NCBI RefSeq assembly: GCF_009914755.1
Contig: NC_060930.1
Direction: 5' to 3' (one strand)
Length of the DNA: 64,000 bases
DNA from: the human T2T-CHM13v2.0 reference genome, Homo sapiens
Below, one piece after another: positions 26,339-42,037 of the stretch (position 1 is the stretch's first letter; the number at the start of each line of letters is the position of its first letter). The notes beneath the pieces are model-generated. The model was not told where the DNA came from, did not search any database, and worked only from the letters and a program-made list of their open reading frames with translations. The position numbers were made by a program, and so were the translations under genes.

Positions 26339-27619
26339 TAAAATTACACTGAGACCTTGAAGGAAAAAAAAAAGTAAATGGGGAGAATATATATACTTGT
26401 TTATGCATAAACTATCTCTGAAGGAAAAGGTAGGAGGGAAACATTTCAGTCTACAGTTTTAGATTTTTAAATAACATTAAATATATTTTTTGGAATATAT
26501 AGTTTTTTTCAAAATTACTTTTTAAAAGAGGAAAAAGAAAAGCAGTTGCTTTCCGAGAATGGGACTTGGGGTAGGGAAGGATGAAGCAGAGGACTGCTGC
26601 TTTTTGTTAAAAGTCTTGTAGTTTTACTTCACTCTCAAAACTGTCCATGTATAACTTTGATAATTTTTTTTAATTACAATTAAAAAAAGCAGAGCCTAAG
26701 AAAGGGAGCAGAGCCTATGGTGACAAGGAGTGGAAAAGGTACATGGGAAGCATATGTATTTACAGCCTTTGGGAGCAGGGCTGGAAGGCAGGCATGAACC
26801 TTTGGAACAGATTCTCGAAAAGGGAAGAAATAATAAAAGCTGTCCCCTGTCAACTGAGCTTACGGCAGTGACGGCGGTGCCCTCTCCAAGTTGCGTGGCA
26901 CTGAGACGTGACGGGTATTAAAGGCCTTGAGTGAGCATGGAGACTTGCCTGAAGATCCCTCTGACAGTTCTTTATGAGTGAGCCTCTTGAGCTGACCCCA
27001 CAGCTGCCCACTGTCCCTCCAAGCATGCTGCTCTTATTGTCTGGCGCATTGTAGTGATGGGCCAAGGACCACATTCATCTCTTTAATCATATCTAAAGAT
27101 GATCTATGGACTGGGGATATGAGAGAGAGAGCATTTTCCAGAACACTGGGTGAGGTGGGAATTACTGTGTTTTAACAGCCCTTAAGCTGGGCCTGCATGT
27201 CTGTCCCCGCTAGGTCCCCAAAGGCAGAGCTAGAGAGGGTGTCCTATGTGGCAGAGACTCAAAATCAGCCCGGATCCTGTTTATTCCCTTCTGAAGAGCT
27301 TCCTTGGCCCCAGATCTCTGATACCAGTCTAAAGTGGAGACTCAGTGTGCAGGTCTCTGTCTAATCTGGCACCCCAGGAGTATGTTCTTTTGTTCTGCAG
27401 GATGCTTAACTGGATTTTATAGCTGTCTCGCTGTCCAGACTTACAGGGAATTCTGGGTTCGTTCCATTCACCCTGTTTGTCCATTCAACAACTATTTATT
27501 GAGACCCTCTATGTGTCAGGCTTAGGAAAAATGGGGCCAAGTTGATCTAACCTGACTGCAGACCTGAGGCAGCAAAAAACCGTGTTAGGAGCTATGGGAA
27601 TTAGTGATTGTTTTGGCCA

Positions 27620-27800
27620 CACGCTGACTAGCCAAAGGCTCACTAAGATCAAAAGTCGCACATGGGAGCCTCACAGACATACCTTGCTGGTTTCCTGAGT
27701 ATTTTTTAAAAAGTTGAGTTAGCTGCCACTTAAACATTGGGAAATTTCACAGCAAAACAGAGATGCCTCCCTTCTCTTGAAAACCAGAAGATCTGGCATG
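27620..27800. mobile_element. hAT-Charlie-type (MER102-like) fragment
   Basis: gttagctgcca...gaaatttcaca...cttctcttgaaaaccagaagatctggca. Confidence 0.5.
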
Positions 27801-28194
27801 CATGAGTCCTCTTCCCTGCCTGACAACAGCTGGAGATGAGGAGAGCTTTTGGTGGTCTCTCTTACTCCCTGCGCCTGCCCTGGCCTGCTTTGCTCCCTCA
27901 CATCACCCATCTGGTCCAAGGAGGTGGCCGAGTGTCTACCCCAGCCTTAGATAGAGCTCGGTGTTAAAATGGACTCTTGTACAGTAATCTCACCAGGTTC
28001 AAAATTCTTTGCGGATTTAGCACCAGAACTGACATAAAAATCATGTTTCAGGATTAAGAAAAGTAAATCCTTATACTGTTTTGTTCTTGGCCTCGAGACA
28101 GGTACAGCTGAGGACATAAGAACTAACTACAGTCCTCACTTCCTGCTGCCTGCCTTCCCTTGGCTGTGGTTAGCAGAAGTCTGGTTATAGCTGG

Positions 28195-28365
28195 ACCGGT
28201 GGGTCTTAACCTTGGCTGCACATCAGAAACACCCGTGGAGCTAAACTTTTGAACTCCCAGACCACAGCCCACACCAATTAACGCTCAAAACCTCTGGGGG
28301 GGTGGGCCCTGCTTGAGTCCTTTTTAAATTCCTCAGGTGATTTCAATGTATGGCCAAGGCGGGCC
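28195..28365. mobile_element. MER5-family (MER5B-like) DNA transposon
   Basis: tcttaaccttggctgcacatcagaaacacc...cctcaggtgatttcaatgtatggccaagg. Confidence 0.75.
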
Positions 28366-28978
28366 CCTTGCCCAGGTTGGGGATTGAGTGTTAGGAGCAG
28401 CTTGCTAGCATGGACATGTGGCATCTTCTGTCCCGACTACAGTCCGCTTCCACCTCCCTGCCTGACTTCCTTCCTGGGATTCCTTGATCTAGGTAGGTGA
28501 GCATTTGATGCTTTCTGGCAGAGGAGGAGCTTCAGACTTCTGTCTGGTAAATGCACTTGCATCTACTGCTCTAACATAAGCCAATCTTGAGTTTTGCCTT
28601 CTGTGCTCATAGCATAATTTTCCCTTTTAGAGGGGTTGCCTCTCACAGAGAGCGGCAGGACCCTCCCGCCAGCTCCTCATATTCTAACGCTGTGGCAGCT
28701 ACAGAAAGGGATGTGTCCCAGGGGCGTCCATGGCGGTTTGAATGACTACGTGGGGAGACAGGGGAGGGGGGTGTTTTAATGCTCGACGTCTCACTCAGTA
28801 CCCCAGCCCCAACCTTGCTCCCACTCTGCCATACAGCCTCCTTGATTCCCCTAAGGGGATGCAGTAATTGATGATTAGCATTCCAAAGCTTGGCTTACAT
28901 CCTGCTAGCCCGTCATATTTAATTACATTTTAACTATATTCGTCTTCGATAATAGCACGAACATAATTTAGATAATTA

Positions 28979-29000
28979 TCTCTCTCTCTCTCTCTCTCTC
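28979..29000. repeat. (TC)n microsatellite
   Basis: Directly visible. Confidence 0.95.
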
Positions 29001-29216
29001 TTATTCTCTGACTCTGTCTCACTTAGAACTTCCTGCAACAAAAATCACTTTCTCGGCTCAAACACATAAACAGACTCTGGGGCCAAGTGCTTTTCTCTCT
29101 CCTGCAGCAGCAGCTGTGCTAGAAACGCAATGATTTTGAGTATCATGCAGAAAAAAGCAAATTCGTGTTTCTTCCTGTCTCTGTATTCATGTTTGTACAC
29201 AAGTGGTGGTGGGAGA

Positions 29217-29227
29217 GTGCGTGTGTT

Positions 29228-29268
<41 letters not shown>
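29217..29268. repeat. Interrupted (TG)n microsatellite
   Basis: Directly visible. Confidence 0.95.
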
Positions 29269-29838
29269 CTGCATCTGGGCAAGAGTTTTTGTGTAGTACA
29301 GAAAGAGGAGACGCCTAGTCAATCAAATTAGTCTATGAAGCACCCTCTTGGTCTGGCATTTCTTTCTTACAAGGTTTAATGGTTTCGCTCCCAAATTTAA
29401 ACTCTGTTGAAACAGTTCTAAATGTCTAGTAAGTCTTTTGAAGAGATGTGTTCTTTCCAATAGGGTTTCTGTCACACTTGGATCTTATAATTAATTACCT
29501 TTACCCTTGTCTATTATCCGCCTTCTCCAAGAGACCATCAGGTATGAGAGAGAAACTGGGACTCTTCAGGGAGAGTGTGTCTTGAACACACTGCTACACA
29601 TTACCAGGCGTCCCAGTCCCTCCTGAACACCAAGTGGGTCACACACATCTGAGTTCCTCGGCCTAACAGCTCCCCTCCCCTTCCCCATTCTGGGCAAAAG
29701 GTATCAGAGCCTTTGTTGGTTTTCCTAGAGAAGCTGGCCATTGTAGCTGAGCTCTTTAGGTACAAAGATTTTTATGTTGCAAAGTTCAAGTCTCTGAGAA
29801 GATTCTGAACAAATAAGGAATAAGAAATGGGTTCATAA

Positions 29839-30445
<607 letters not shown>

Positions 30446-32393
30446 TCACTCTGGCTCAACCTTGTCTGATGTTGAACAGGAATATGGGGCTATATTTGTG
30501 TAGTTAACAAACTCTTGCTGTCACTTGCTTGAGGCCAAAATTCCTAGCTGTTCTTGGCAATAAACACTCAGACCAGATTTCAGGAGCTAGGCAGAGTGTC
30601 TAGACCAACATTTTGCCACCACTGTGTTGAGTCCACCAATTGACTCTTCTCGTGTGACTGACCCATGGCTGGGTGATGTGGGGAAGGGAAATCAGCAATT
30701 TGCTGATTCTGGCAACTGCGTAGTAACCTGTTGACCCACCAGAAAAATTATTATAGAAACCATTTAACGTGGTCCCAGGAGAGGCTGTGGGGTCCTGTCC
30801 TTGGTGATGTTAAAGAGGGGCACAGGAGTGGCCCTCCCTTGGTGGCCAGGAGAATGTTAAAGCCTGGAGCTCTTTCTGAGCAGGGGCTCTCCACCCATGG
30901 TGCAGGCTCTGGGCTAATCACTCCCATTCCTCAGCGATGGCTGCTGGGTAGAGTGAGGTGGACGCAACACTGGGCAACACTGGTCTGTGCTGAGGGGCCT
31001 GCCTGGGGCTGTGGTTTCATGTGTGTGAAATTCCTATACAGAACAAGCTGGGCTACTCTGGGCCAGCCTGCGCTGGGGGACAGGAAGGTTGAGAGGGGGT
31101 GACACAGGACTATGGGGCATGACCCTGCACAGGCTTCACAAACTTTGATTTGCTCCCTGTTGCTCAGAAAGTTGTTCCTACTTTTGACCTCTCAGTACCT
31201 AGCTTAGAGGCTTGGGAATTTTGCTGAAATTTGCCTGAAAAATAACAAAAACCAGGGTGTAGGTCTCCACTAAATGGCAATGGCAGAGCCAGCCGCTTGG
31301 CCACACCCCTTGCCAGCAGGCATCTCTGGAGGCTGGTGAGGGGAGGGAGAAAATTCAGTCTGCTGTTCCCCAGAGGATTTCCTGCCCCCAGAAAACACAA
31401 TGCTAAACAAAGTTATTGATTTAATGACGTCAGCAGCTCCTTTCAGCCTGTGAGGAGGGCAGGCGAGCTCTGAAAAGCCTGCTACCTCCAAGGAGACGGG
31501 CCTCCTCCTCCTGGCTCCGTGTGGCTGTCCAATACCACCCCCTTCTCCCCCAGCAGCGCATTCCCTCCCAGAAGCACCCTGGAAATGTGAAGACTAGGCA
31601 TGGGCAGGAGCCAATTTTCAAATGTTAAGAATTTGGCAATTTCATTTCCTAATGTTTTAAATACCAAAGGGATTTAGAATACAAAGAGGACTAACTGGCC
31701 CCTGAATTTCAGGTGTTTTTTTTTTTTTTAAGGCTGCTTTTGTGGAAATTAATGTCAAAAGCCCATGCAAAACAAAGCCCAGCCCTGACCTATGATCTCA
31801 CACACAGCTAAGCAAGCAAGTGGCCTTCCAGAAGGATCACCAGACGGTCTCAGAATCAAACCTGATCAATTTCATACCTAAAAGTTACACTAAACCCCTG
31901 TGGGTATTTTAGATCTAATGACAAGCCAAATTCGTTCAGCACCTGACAGTGGGGAGATATTCAGTAAAAACTTTAAAAATAGACTCTCCCTCTCCAGCCA
32001 TTAAGGGCCTGATATTTGCAGCTGAACAGACAGGAAGTTGGGAGCACTTGGGAGAGCTTAAAAAAATCTCTGGAGTAAAAAAAAAAATGTTTTCCTATGA
32101 TGAAAACCATTGCCCTTAGCACAGAGCGGCCCAAGATTAGCCTAGAGCTATTTAACACACTGGAATCTCTGAATATGAGTTCTGTAATAAAAAGGTGACA
32201 AGTCTTTGAGGCAGGCCCCATAAAGGCCCTTTCCGGGATCTGCATTAACTGTCACATTCAACACAAAGCACTGCATTCAAGACAGTGAATGATCTGCAAG
32301 CCAATGTGAGGCAGTATGTGGCATGTAACAATCTTTCTTCTGGGACAGTTTCTGTCAATAAAAAAGTTGAATTAAAAAAAATAAAAAAATCAT

Positions 32394-32704
32394 GGCTGGG
32401 CGTGGTGGCTCACGCCTGTAATCCCAGCACTTTGGGAGGCTGAGGCGGGCGGATCATGAGGTGAGGAGATCGAGACCCTCCTGGCTAACATGGTGAAACC
32501 CCATCTCTACTAAAAATACAAAAAAAATTAGCCAGGTGTGGTGGCAGGCGCCTGTAGTCCCAGCTACAGGCTGGGACTGAGCTGGAGGCTGAGGCAGGAA
32601 AATGGCATGAATCCAGGAGGCGGAGCTTGCAGTGAGCTGAGATTGCGCCACTGCACTCCAGCCTGGGTGACAGAGCGAGACTCCATCTCAAATAAACAAA
32701 CAAA

Positions 32705-32737
<33 letters not shown>
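32394..32737 (+). mobile_element. AluY-type with internal templated insertion and (TAA)n tail
   Basis: aatggcatgaa and ggagcttgcagtg diagnostics; (AAT)n at ~32705-32737. Confidence 0.95.
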
Positions 32738-35544
32738 TTCTCCCTCTTTTCAAACATTTTCTTGATTTAAAAAAAGTCACCATTAGCACTCTCTGGTGTT
32801 GATGACTTTTCGGGTCTGTCTGTGTTGGCCTAGATTTCTCTCAGGCTTATAAAAGGTGCATGTTCTCTCCAAGGCCCCTCACTCCCCACTGGCTGGCTCC
32901 AAGTCACTCTCTGGCCCCTCCCTCAGATTCCTGCCATACACTGGCCTAGATGCAGGCAAGGATGGGCTTTCTCTGCAACCCTGCTTTTTCCTGCACATCT
33001 CAGCGCCCTCAGCCAGGCTGCCATGTGGCATTATGCCAGTGCCAGAGTGTAGCAAGGACTGACCTAGCCCGCTGGCTCCCTGTGAGTTCACAAAGAAGGT
33101 GGACAATGAGACAGGACAGGTGACAAGGGCATATGTTAAGTACATACATTAAGTTAAATAATTTAAATCATTTGACACAAAAACCAGATGCCAAGACAGG
33201 CAGGGGGATCAGCTGGGCACTGAGAGAGGCTAAAGGTGTGACAGGGCAGGGAGAGTCTGCAGGTCACTTTAGTTGGCCAGAAGAGCGAAAACAGGGAGGA
33301 GGAGGCTGCAAGGGAGGTCGCGTGCTTTTTGTGAGGAATCCTAATTCCCCTCAAACCAGCAACCCCAGAGATTCCCAACCCATATTTTGCCAGCCTGGGC
33401 TTCCTGTGTGCCCAAGGTTTGATGCCATGTATTTCATTACACCTGCTTTGAATTTTGTTCATGCCGTCAGGGCTAAGATATCAAGCAATGACTTCTTTAC
33501 TACTTCATAGTAAACAAGCAGCCATAAGACACAAGAAAATATGGCTTCCTTTCAGACTGTGTTTCAGTCTACCCCTAGCTATTCACCGTACCAGTCCCCT
33601 GCCCTGAGGGTTTTGCAGAGCTGAAGGCAGATGCCAAAAAGTCAAAAATTGCATTCAACAAGGTTAAAAGTTATCCTTGGCACACGGAAATCTCTCGCAA
33701 TAAAATAACATAAGGCACTTGCTGAAGCTACATCAGCTGATTTTTCTGTATTATTTCTTGAGGAGGAAGGTTGCTGGGTGAAGGGGATGGGTGAAAAAAC
33801 TGACCAGTAACTCTTTCTGATTCTATTGTCAGGCTTTAAAATCAGATGGATCAGCTATTAATCTCAGAAAGCCAGCAGTGAACGTGTGCAATAAATTTGT
33901 CATCATTTTATGAATAAGCTCTCGGTCATGAGGGCTTACTGTCTGGCAATTCACCTTTTCCATGATATTTTCTATCACTTGTATTTTGGAGCAGCTTAGA
34001 AAGAATATTATTTGTGTTCCTGCAGATCTGAACATAAAAAGCCCTTAGAGTGATGGAGACGAACAGGCAAGCTTCAATGTCGGCCTCCGGGCTCGCTAAG
34101 CAAATAGTTTACCCACGCGCGAGTGAACAGCACCAGGGGACAGGAATCACTCTTCCCAGGCCAGGAGAGCACTCATCCCCTCAAGAGCTGCTAATGAAGG
34201 CCCTGTTAGCGCTGGATGACGTCGCACATACCCATTGGCTTTCTGTCAAAGATTGTCAAATAGAGCTGTTGGTAATCACAGCTGGCAAGTTATTTAGTCA
34301 ATATTTTTGAAAAGTTCAACGGAGTGTGTGAAAGCATAAAGTAGATTTTCCTAAAGTTATCAGATGATTTACTCATCTCCCCACTTTGTGATGGCTCAGC
34401 TGCCATCAGAATCACACTGGTGTCCTGCTGGGCAGCCCTGGAGGGGTGTGGGGCAGGAGATGTAGAGACAGATGAAATTTCAGCTGTTTTATCATTCAGC
34501 TGTTTTTTCCCATCAAGTCAGCAGAACTCTAGATCTGAAACTCCATACTGCGGAGGCTTTAGAGATTAACAATAACAACAAAAAAATCAGACCAATCCCT
34601 CCCCACCTGCGCCCCCCACACCACTGCCACTAATCCTTCCATTGTTCCATTCCATCCCTTGCCTAAATACTGCCCCAGGGGGAAGGCCCTCAATATCAAT
34701 TTTCGGGTTCTGAGGAGGACATCTCTATTTTCACCTTTCACTTCTTGTGAAGAAGCACGGCTCTGTTCTATAATTAGAGATGACAAGTATTCTTTTGGGG
34801 CCATTTCTTCTGGATGTAACAAAACATCACAAAGGGGAAACACACTCAATTAAGAATGCAACTCTGACATTGTACAGTTTGTTGACTCAGAGCACGTGAT
34901 TGGGCCTCTACTCTGAGTGATGGCTGTACCCTTGGGGTATCCATCTTTGTTTTTATGATTTTCATTTTCTTATCTTCAGTTTTATAACCTTCATGAGAAA
35001 GAAAAACCATGACTCCCAACTTTGGGTCAAAATGCCCCAATTAGCAGACAGACCTGTGGACCAGCAGACTGGTACAGGATCTGTGGAGCACTCCTCACAG
35101 TCCTTGGCTAGGACTATGGTGGCCAAGCAAGTCTATCAAGCCTTCTGCAGAAATGGAAGCATTTGGGAAACACAGGCTCCCTCTTAAGATCTTAGACGTT
35201 AGAATTCCCAAGTCTGAGTCCCTGGAGAAGTGGATTTTCTGCATGTATAATGGCAGGTTTATGTCCCATCTCCTAAACTCTATTATTTCCCTGTGGACCA
35301 CAGTGGTTGGCAGCTGGTAAAAGCATCTGAAGGATTTGTCATGGTAGTGAAATTCTCACTGGTCCTCATAACAGAACCACTATACAATGAACTGTGTTGC
35401 AGCTGTCACTAACACCTTCATAGTCAGTGAGGAATACAGCAACCACCTTCTGGGCAACCCCAGTGATGCTCTAGTCCAGGGCTTCCCATCGGTGGGGGAG
35501 GGGTGTGCATCCACAAGTGATTCTGATGCACATTCTGATGCGCT

Positions 35545-35725
35545 ATTCCAAGGTTCTCAAACATGAAGTTCAGCATCACCTGTTGGGGATGCTAAACACA
35601 GACTGCTGGTCCACCTTGGGGTTTCAGATTCAGTAGGTAGGAGAGGTGGGGCCTGAGAAGTTGCATTTCTAATATGTTCCCAGGTGATGCTGATGGCCTG
35701 GGAGCCACACTTTAAGAATCCCTGT
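35545..35725. mobile_element. MER5A
   Basis: ggttctcaaac...gattcagtaggt...ggcctgagaagttgcatttctaatatgttcccaggtgatgctgat. Confidence 0.8.
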
Positions 35726-35729
35726 TCTG

Positions 35730-36112
<383 letters not shown>

Positions 36113-36889
36113 TCAAGGGAGGCTTTAAGAATAAGAAAGTAAGGAAGACTTAGGAAGATAATTTTAGTGACAGTGAGGATGAGGGACTGACATGGAGATA
36201 CCGTGGGCAAGAAGGTTCCAAATGCAGCTCTCAAAAGTATTCCACAGGTATCCTGGTCAGGCGGAGAGGTTTGTGAATCCAGGATTACTAGGGTGGGAGA
36301 GGGGCTGTGATGGAACAGAATGTCTAACAGACTAGGAATCACAACATCTGGGTTTGGGCCCAGTTTGGTTTTTTAAACATTATTATTTTTTTCTTTCTTT
36401 TTTTTTTTTTTTTAACTGAGAGAGACAGCCAACACGTGGGCCCAGGTTTTGCCCTTCACTGGCCGCATGGCCTTGGGCAAATCACTTGATCACTTGAGTC
36501 TCTGCTGTCACACCTGGAAAACCCTATGCTGCAGGGAGCTGCGCAAGTCAAACGAGGCAGAGGCTGGCAGAGGCTGCTGTAAACTATCCCTATGAAGGTA
36601 AGGCCTTACCCTGCTGCTGCTCCATTGTACCCGAGGGATGTCCTACCTGTTGCAGGACCAACTGACCCTCCCTTACATGCTAAGTCTACCCTGGGCTCTG
36701 CCTTCAATCTACTCCTTAGGAAGGAGGAATATGGGAACTAGCTCAGCAGTCACGTGAGCCTTGTTCTGGATCCCGTTCTGGTTGTGTAGTTGGGTCCTAG
36801 GAACTGGCTCTCACTGGTTCCTGATAATTCACCAGTATGTCATACCTCTGGTTCCAGTAATTATTCTATATTCAAGTCTATGCCTACCC

Positions 36890-37035
36890 CCAGGGGCAAC
36901 AAATGTTTTCTGTAAAGAGCCAGATAGTAAATATTTTAGGCCACACAGATCTCTGTCACACATTCATTTTTAAAATGTAAAAACCATTCTTAGCTTTGTA
37001 CTAAAGCAGATTGCGGACAACTTTGGCCCTAATTC
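36890..37035. mobile_element. MER58-family fragment
   Basis: ttttctgtaaagagccagatagtaaatattttaggc...aaaatgtaaaaaccattcttagct. Confidence 0.75.
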
Positions 37036-37807
37036 CTGTTCTACCCAATCCTCTGAACTTCTGAAAGGCCTAAGTTCCTGTTGTAACCTTTCCAACCCTC
37101 TTTGTGCTGCAGTCTGTTTTCTGAACCTGCTACCACTTGCCTGGAACACTCCCTAACTGCCAGATTCTATGCTGTGCTAATTTACCTGTTGTCCTGAACA
37201 ACCCAACCCCTTGGACCTGCCAGATGTCCCCTGGGATTTCTTATCCTGACTTTCACTCATTTCTACTTTAGATCCCTTCCCAAATATTCTGTGCCATTCC
37301 AGTAGGTGTGGCCCATGTCCAGGCCCTGACTTTCCTGGTCTGGAATGTCTACCACTAGTTGCCTAGCCTCTAAATCCTGAAGTTGAATGTGTGTGTGGCA
37401 CGGACAGAAGCTCACAAGAAGGACAGCCATACTGAGGCTATGATGGGGCAACTTCATGAAGGAAATGCTGGTCAGCTTGACTTAATTTTTTTTATTCTCA
37501 AATCCCAACTGATCAACTGACTATATATTTCTCAGGCATAAAAATTGAATGACAATTTCTAGTTCTACATGGCATTTTATCTGATATGGGAAGAACAATC
37601 CATTTATGAGGGTGACTTTTAGAAAGACCATCTCCAGTATACTTTTTTGGAGTACCCGCCCAGGCTGTGTACCAGGTTTGGTGATACTGACAGTTACTAA
37701 TGACTGACTAGCTCTTTGTATAGGGTCTAGCAAGGAGCAATACAGCCCAAGTGCTGCCCAGTCTATTTCTTCAGAAGGAGGATGAGGAGAGGGACAGATA
37801 GTATTAA

Positions 37808-38141
<334 letters not shown>

Positions 38142-40410
38142 TCACTTTTTCTTTTTTAGACTAAATACTCTCTCTTTACTGAATCACCCACCTAGGTTCA
38201 CTTCTCCACTTTCAACTTTCTGAGTCTCTGACTTAAAACTGTTCCATTACGTCATATCACCTAGATGCTGGGTTGTCATGCATCTTACCTGAGCTATTAT
38301 GAAACAACACAATAGCAGAATTTGGTTATTCACTAAGAATAAATAAAGCCAGATGGTCTCAAGATGAGTGTGTGTTCTTACAGTAAAATGAACTCAGCAG
38401 TCACTAAAAAGATGAAAAAGCAGATACTGTTGGCTGGTTTTGCCATATAAGCCACCAATAAACATTTGTTATACTTTTCTGCAACATGATGACCTAAAAT
38501 ACATATACAATTATAAATCGTTTCAAACACTAAGGAGGGCATTTGGCTATCTCTGCCATCTTTCCTCTCCAAAGAGCTGGATAATTAGACCCTCTTTGAA
38601 GGATACATTTTTAATATGGTATATCAGTAATATTTCATGTTATTTAATATGGTAATATGGTATATCAGAGTCATGTGTTGATGTGGCTTTCTGTGCTTAA
38701 AATACCTAACCAACCACGGAAGTAAATTTGTTAACTATCAAGATAATGAAAAAGTGCGTCTACCTCTTGGGCTGATGTGTTTTGCGTCTCTGGGCTGGTG
38801 GCAATGGAGGTGGGTACAGGGAACATGAGGCTGAGAACATGGCAGTGGGTGATGGTGTTGGGGGACATGCCCTAGATGGTGAGCGTGCCCTCTCAGGGCA
38901 CGGCCCCACCTTCCTCAGCACTGTGGGTCTGCAATACTGACGTTCACTAGTCCCACTGCAAAGCAGGCTGTGTTCTCACAGCTCCAAACTGAATACAAAG
39001 GTTCTTTGAATGGGAGTTTACTCTTGGCTTTCTTTGAATAAGCTACTGATTCACTTTGGCAGTGAAAAAAGCTCCATCCCACCCCAAAGTAGCTTGTACT
39101 TGAAATACAGCTTCTAAGAAACAGGTATAACCCTATCAGTGTTTTCACTAGGACTTGAATCCTTTCTGCATGGTTTGAAAATATACATTTGTACTGGCCA
39201 ACAGGGATCTTTTACTCAACTCTCATAAAGTTTTACAATGTATGATTCATTTTAGAAATGAGACTTGATAATGCAGATTTATCACAATGAGAAGGCTGCC
39301 TTTAAAATGTGATTTAATGATGCCTATACTTATTTGCTGACATCTTTATAAAACTGTTAGTGTGGAAATATATTTGTCTTTTCAAAAATAATTCTTCCTT
39401 TTACAATGTTGTGCAACACAAGAGCCATACACTAAAAATGCAGCCGAAAGAATAGCAGTGGTTTAATTATGCGAAGACAATGTCACACCAAGCACCATCG
39501 CTGCCTTCTTGAGATTCTTGGGACACTACCAGGCCTGGCAAATATATTCTCCTTTCCAGCTCCCTCCACCCATGCATGTGAGTCTAGGCTTGGGGATGCT
39601 ACTGTAACCAGAGGGTAGAGAAAGGCTCTCCAAGGTCATACAGATGCAAGAATGCAGTAAATAAACAGGCCACTGATTATGATTTAGCACTGCTTTTCTT
39701 TCTACTCAACCAGGGTTACGAGCAGATCTTGATGATTTAACCTTTCAGCCAATTAGAACAGAAGGTTTGATTGACAGCCAATGAATAAATAACATTTTAG
39801 TGCAGGAGACAGAATCATCCTCCCCTATTAATCAGTCCCTCTGCCCATGTGCAGGTAACACAATATTTATCTCGCCACTCTGTTACAGTCCCTTGGGGTA
39901 TCATTTCATGGCCTACCAGTAAAAACTTCACATCTACAGCAACTGCCCCTCTATTACTGCCGATAACATCTAATTGATATGTCAAACCTCCAAGGAATGC
40001 AGTCAATCGAAACACTGCCTCCCAAAAGAAACAGGCAAAAAGGTAAATCAGCACCTGCTTTCCTGTAATCACCCAGCCACCTCCTGTCCAAAAGCCTCCC
40101 CCCAGGGAGCCACCACCACCATCTGCCCTTCAGTCTGAGACATCCCAGCATCCCAGATGAAGGGACACATGGGCCAAGAGTACCACTAAATTCCTGCCCA
40201 CAAAATGTCACAGTGATGCCTGAGGAGTGCCGCCCGTCAATGAACCATTGCATTGAAATAATTTTGCCAGGGGAAACCCAGCTAGACTGTGAATGCCACA
40301 AGCATTATGTGGGGTATAGTTTGGAAAAGAACAGTAATAACAACCCAATAACAATATTACAGACTTCCCTCTGAAGAATAAGCAATGCTGTAAGAGATAT
40401 GATCTCAAAA

Positions 40411-40813
<403 letters not shown>

Positions 40814-40931
40814 CTAAGTACTTATCATGAATTGGGTATGTTTGACACTGGAATATAAGATTTGTCTTAAATCACAGGGCTCTTAGCTACTCAAATATAA
40901 AAATCATATAGCTGAAGAGAGAAAGGACTAA

Positions 40932-41259
<328 letters not shown>

Positions 41260-41596
41260 TTGATTTTAATAATAGACAACATGAGATATATTATATATCA
41301 TTGTGAGGGGAGGGCACCAGGGATGGTAAAGCTTCCAGTTGAAGAATATGTAACACTCATCTCTGTCTCTCAAAAACAGAAATACTCACATTTGTATTCT
41401 TACACCTAAGGGTAAAAGGTAGCCAGGGCATGGGAACTATTTAGCAAAAATAAAAAGTAAATGTAAAGATAGACAGACAAACAGGCAAAACATATTTAGA
41501 GCTAAACATGTTATACACACGAAAGGAGGTTTGTAGCCTCACATGTTCTTTCTGGCATCCTATTCCAGAAGTTTCGAACCTGAGTTTAGGGGAAGG

Positions 41597-41920
<324 letters not shown>

Positions 41921-42037
41921 TAGATTATCACGACAAACAAGTGAACAGCATCTTAATAGTCAATCCCATGAAACTAGAGCATTAAATAATCACCCTTCTA
42001 AATATGGAAAGGTTTTCCTGTGCAGGAATTCTGAAGT

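Noticed and set aside
38632-38670. Short local repeats of TAATATGGTATATCAG; similar 16-bp tandem at ~47089-47120
   Set aside because: Ordinary slippage-type micro-duplications.
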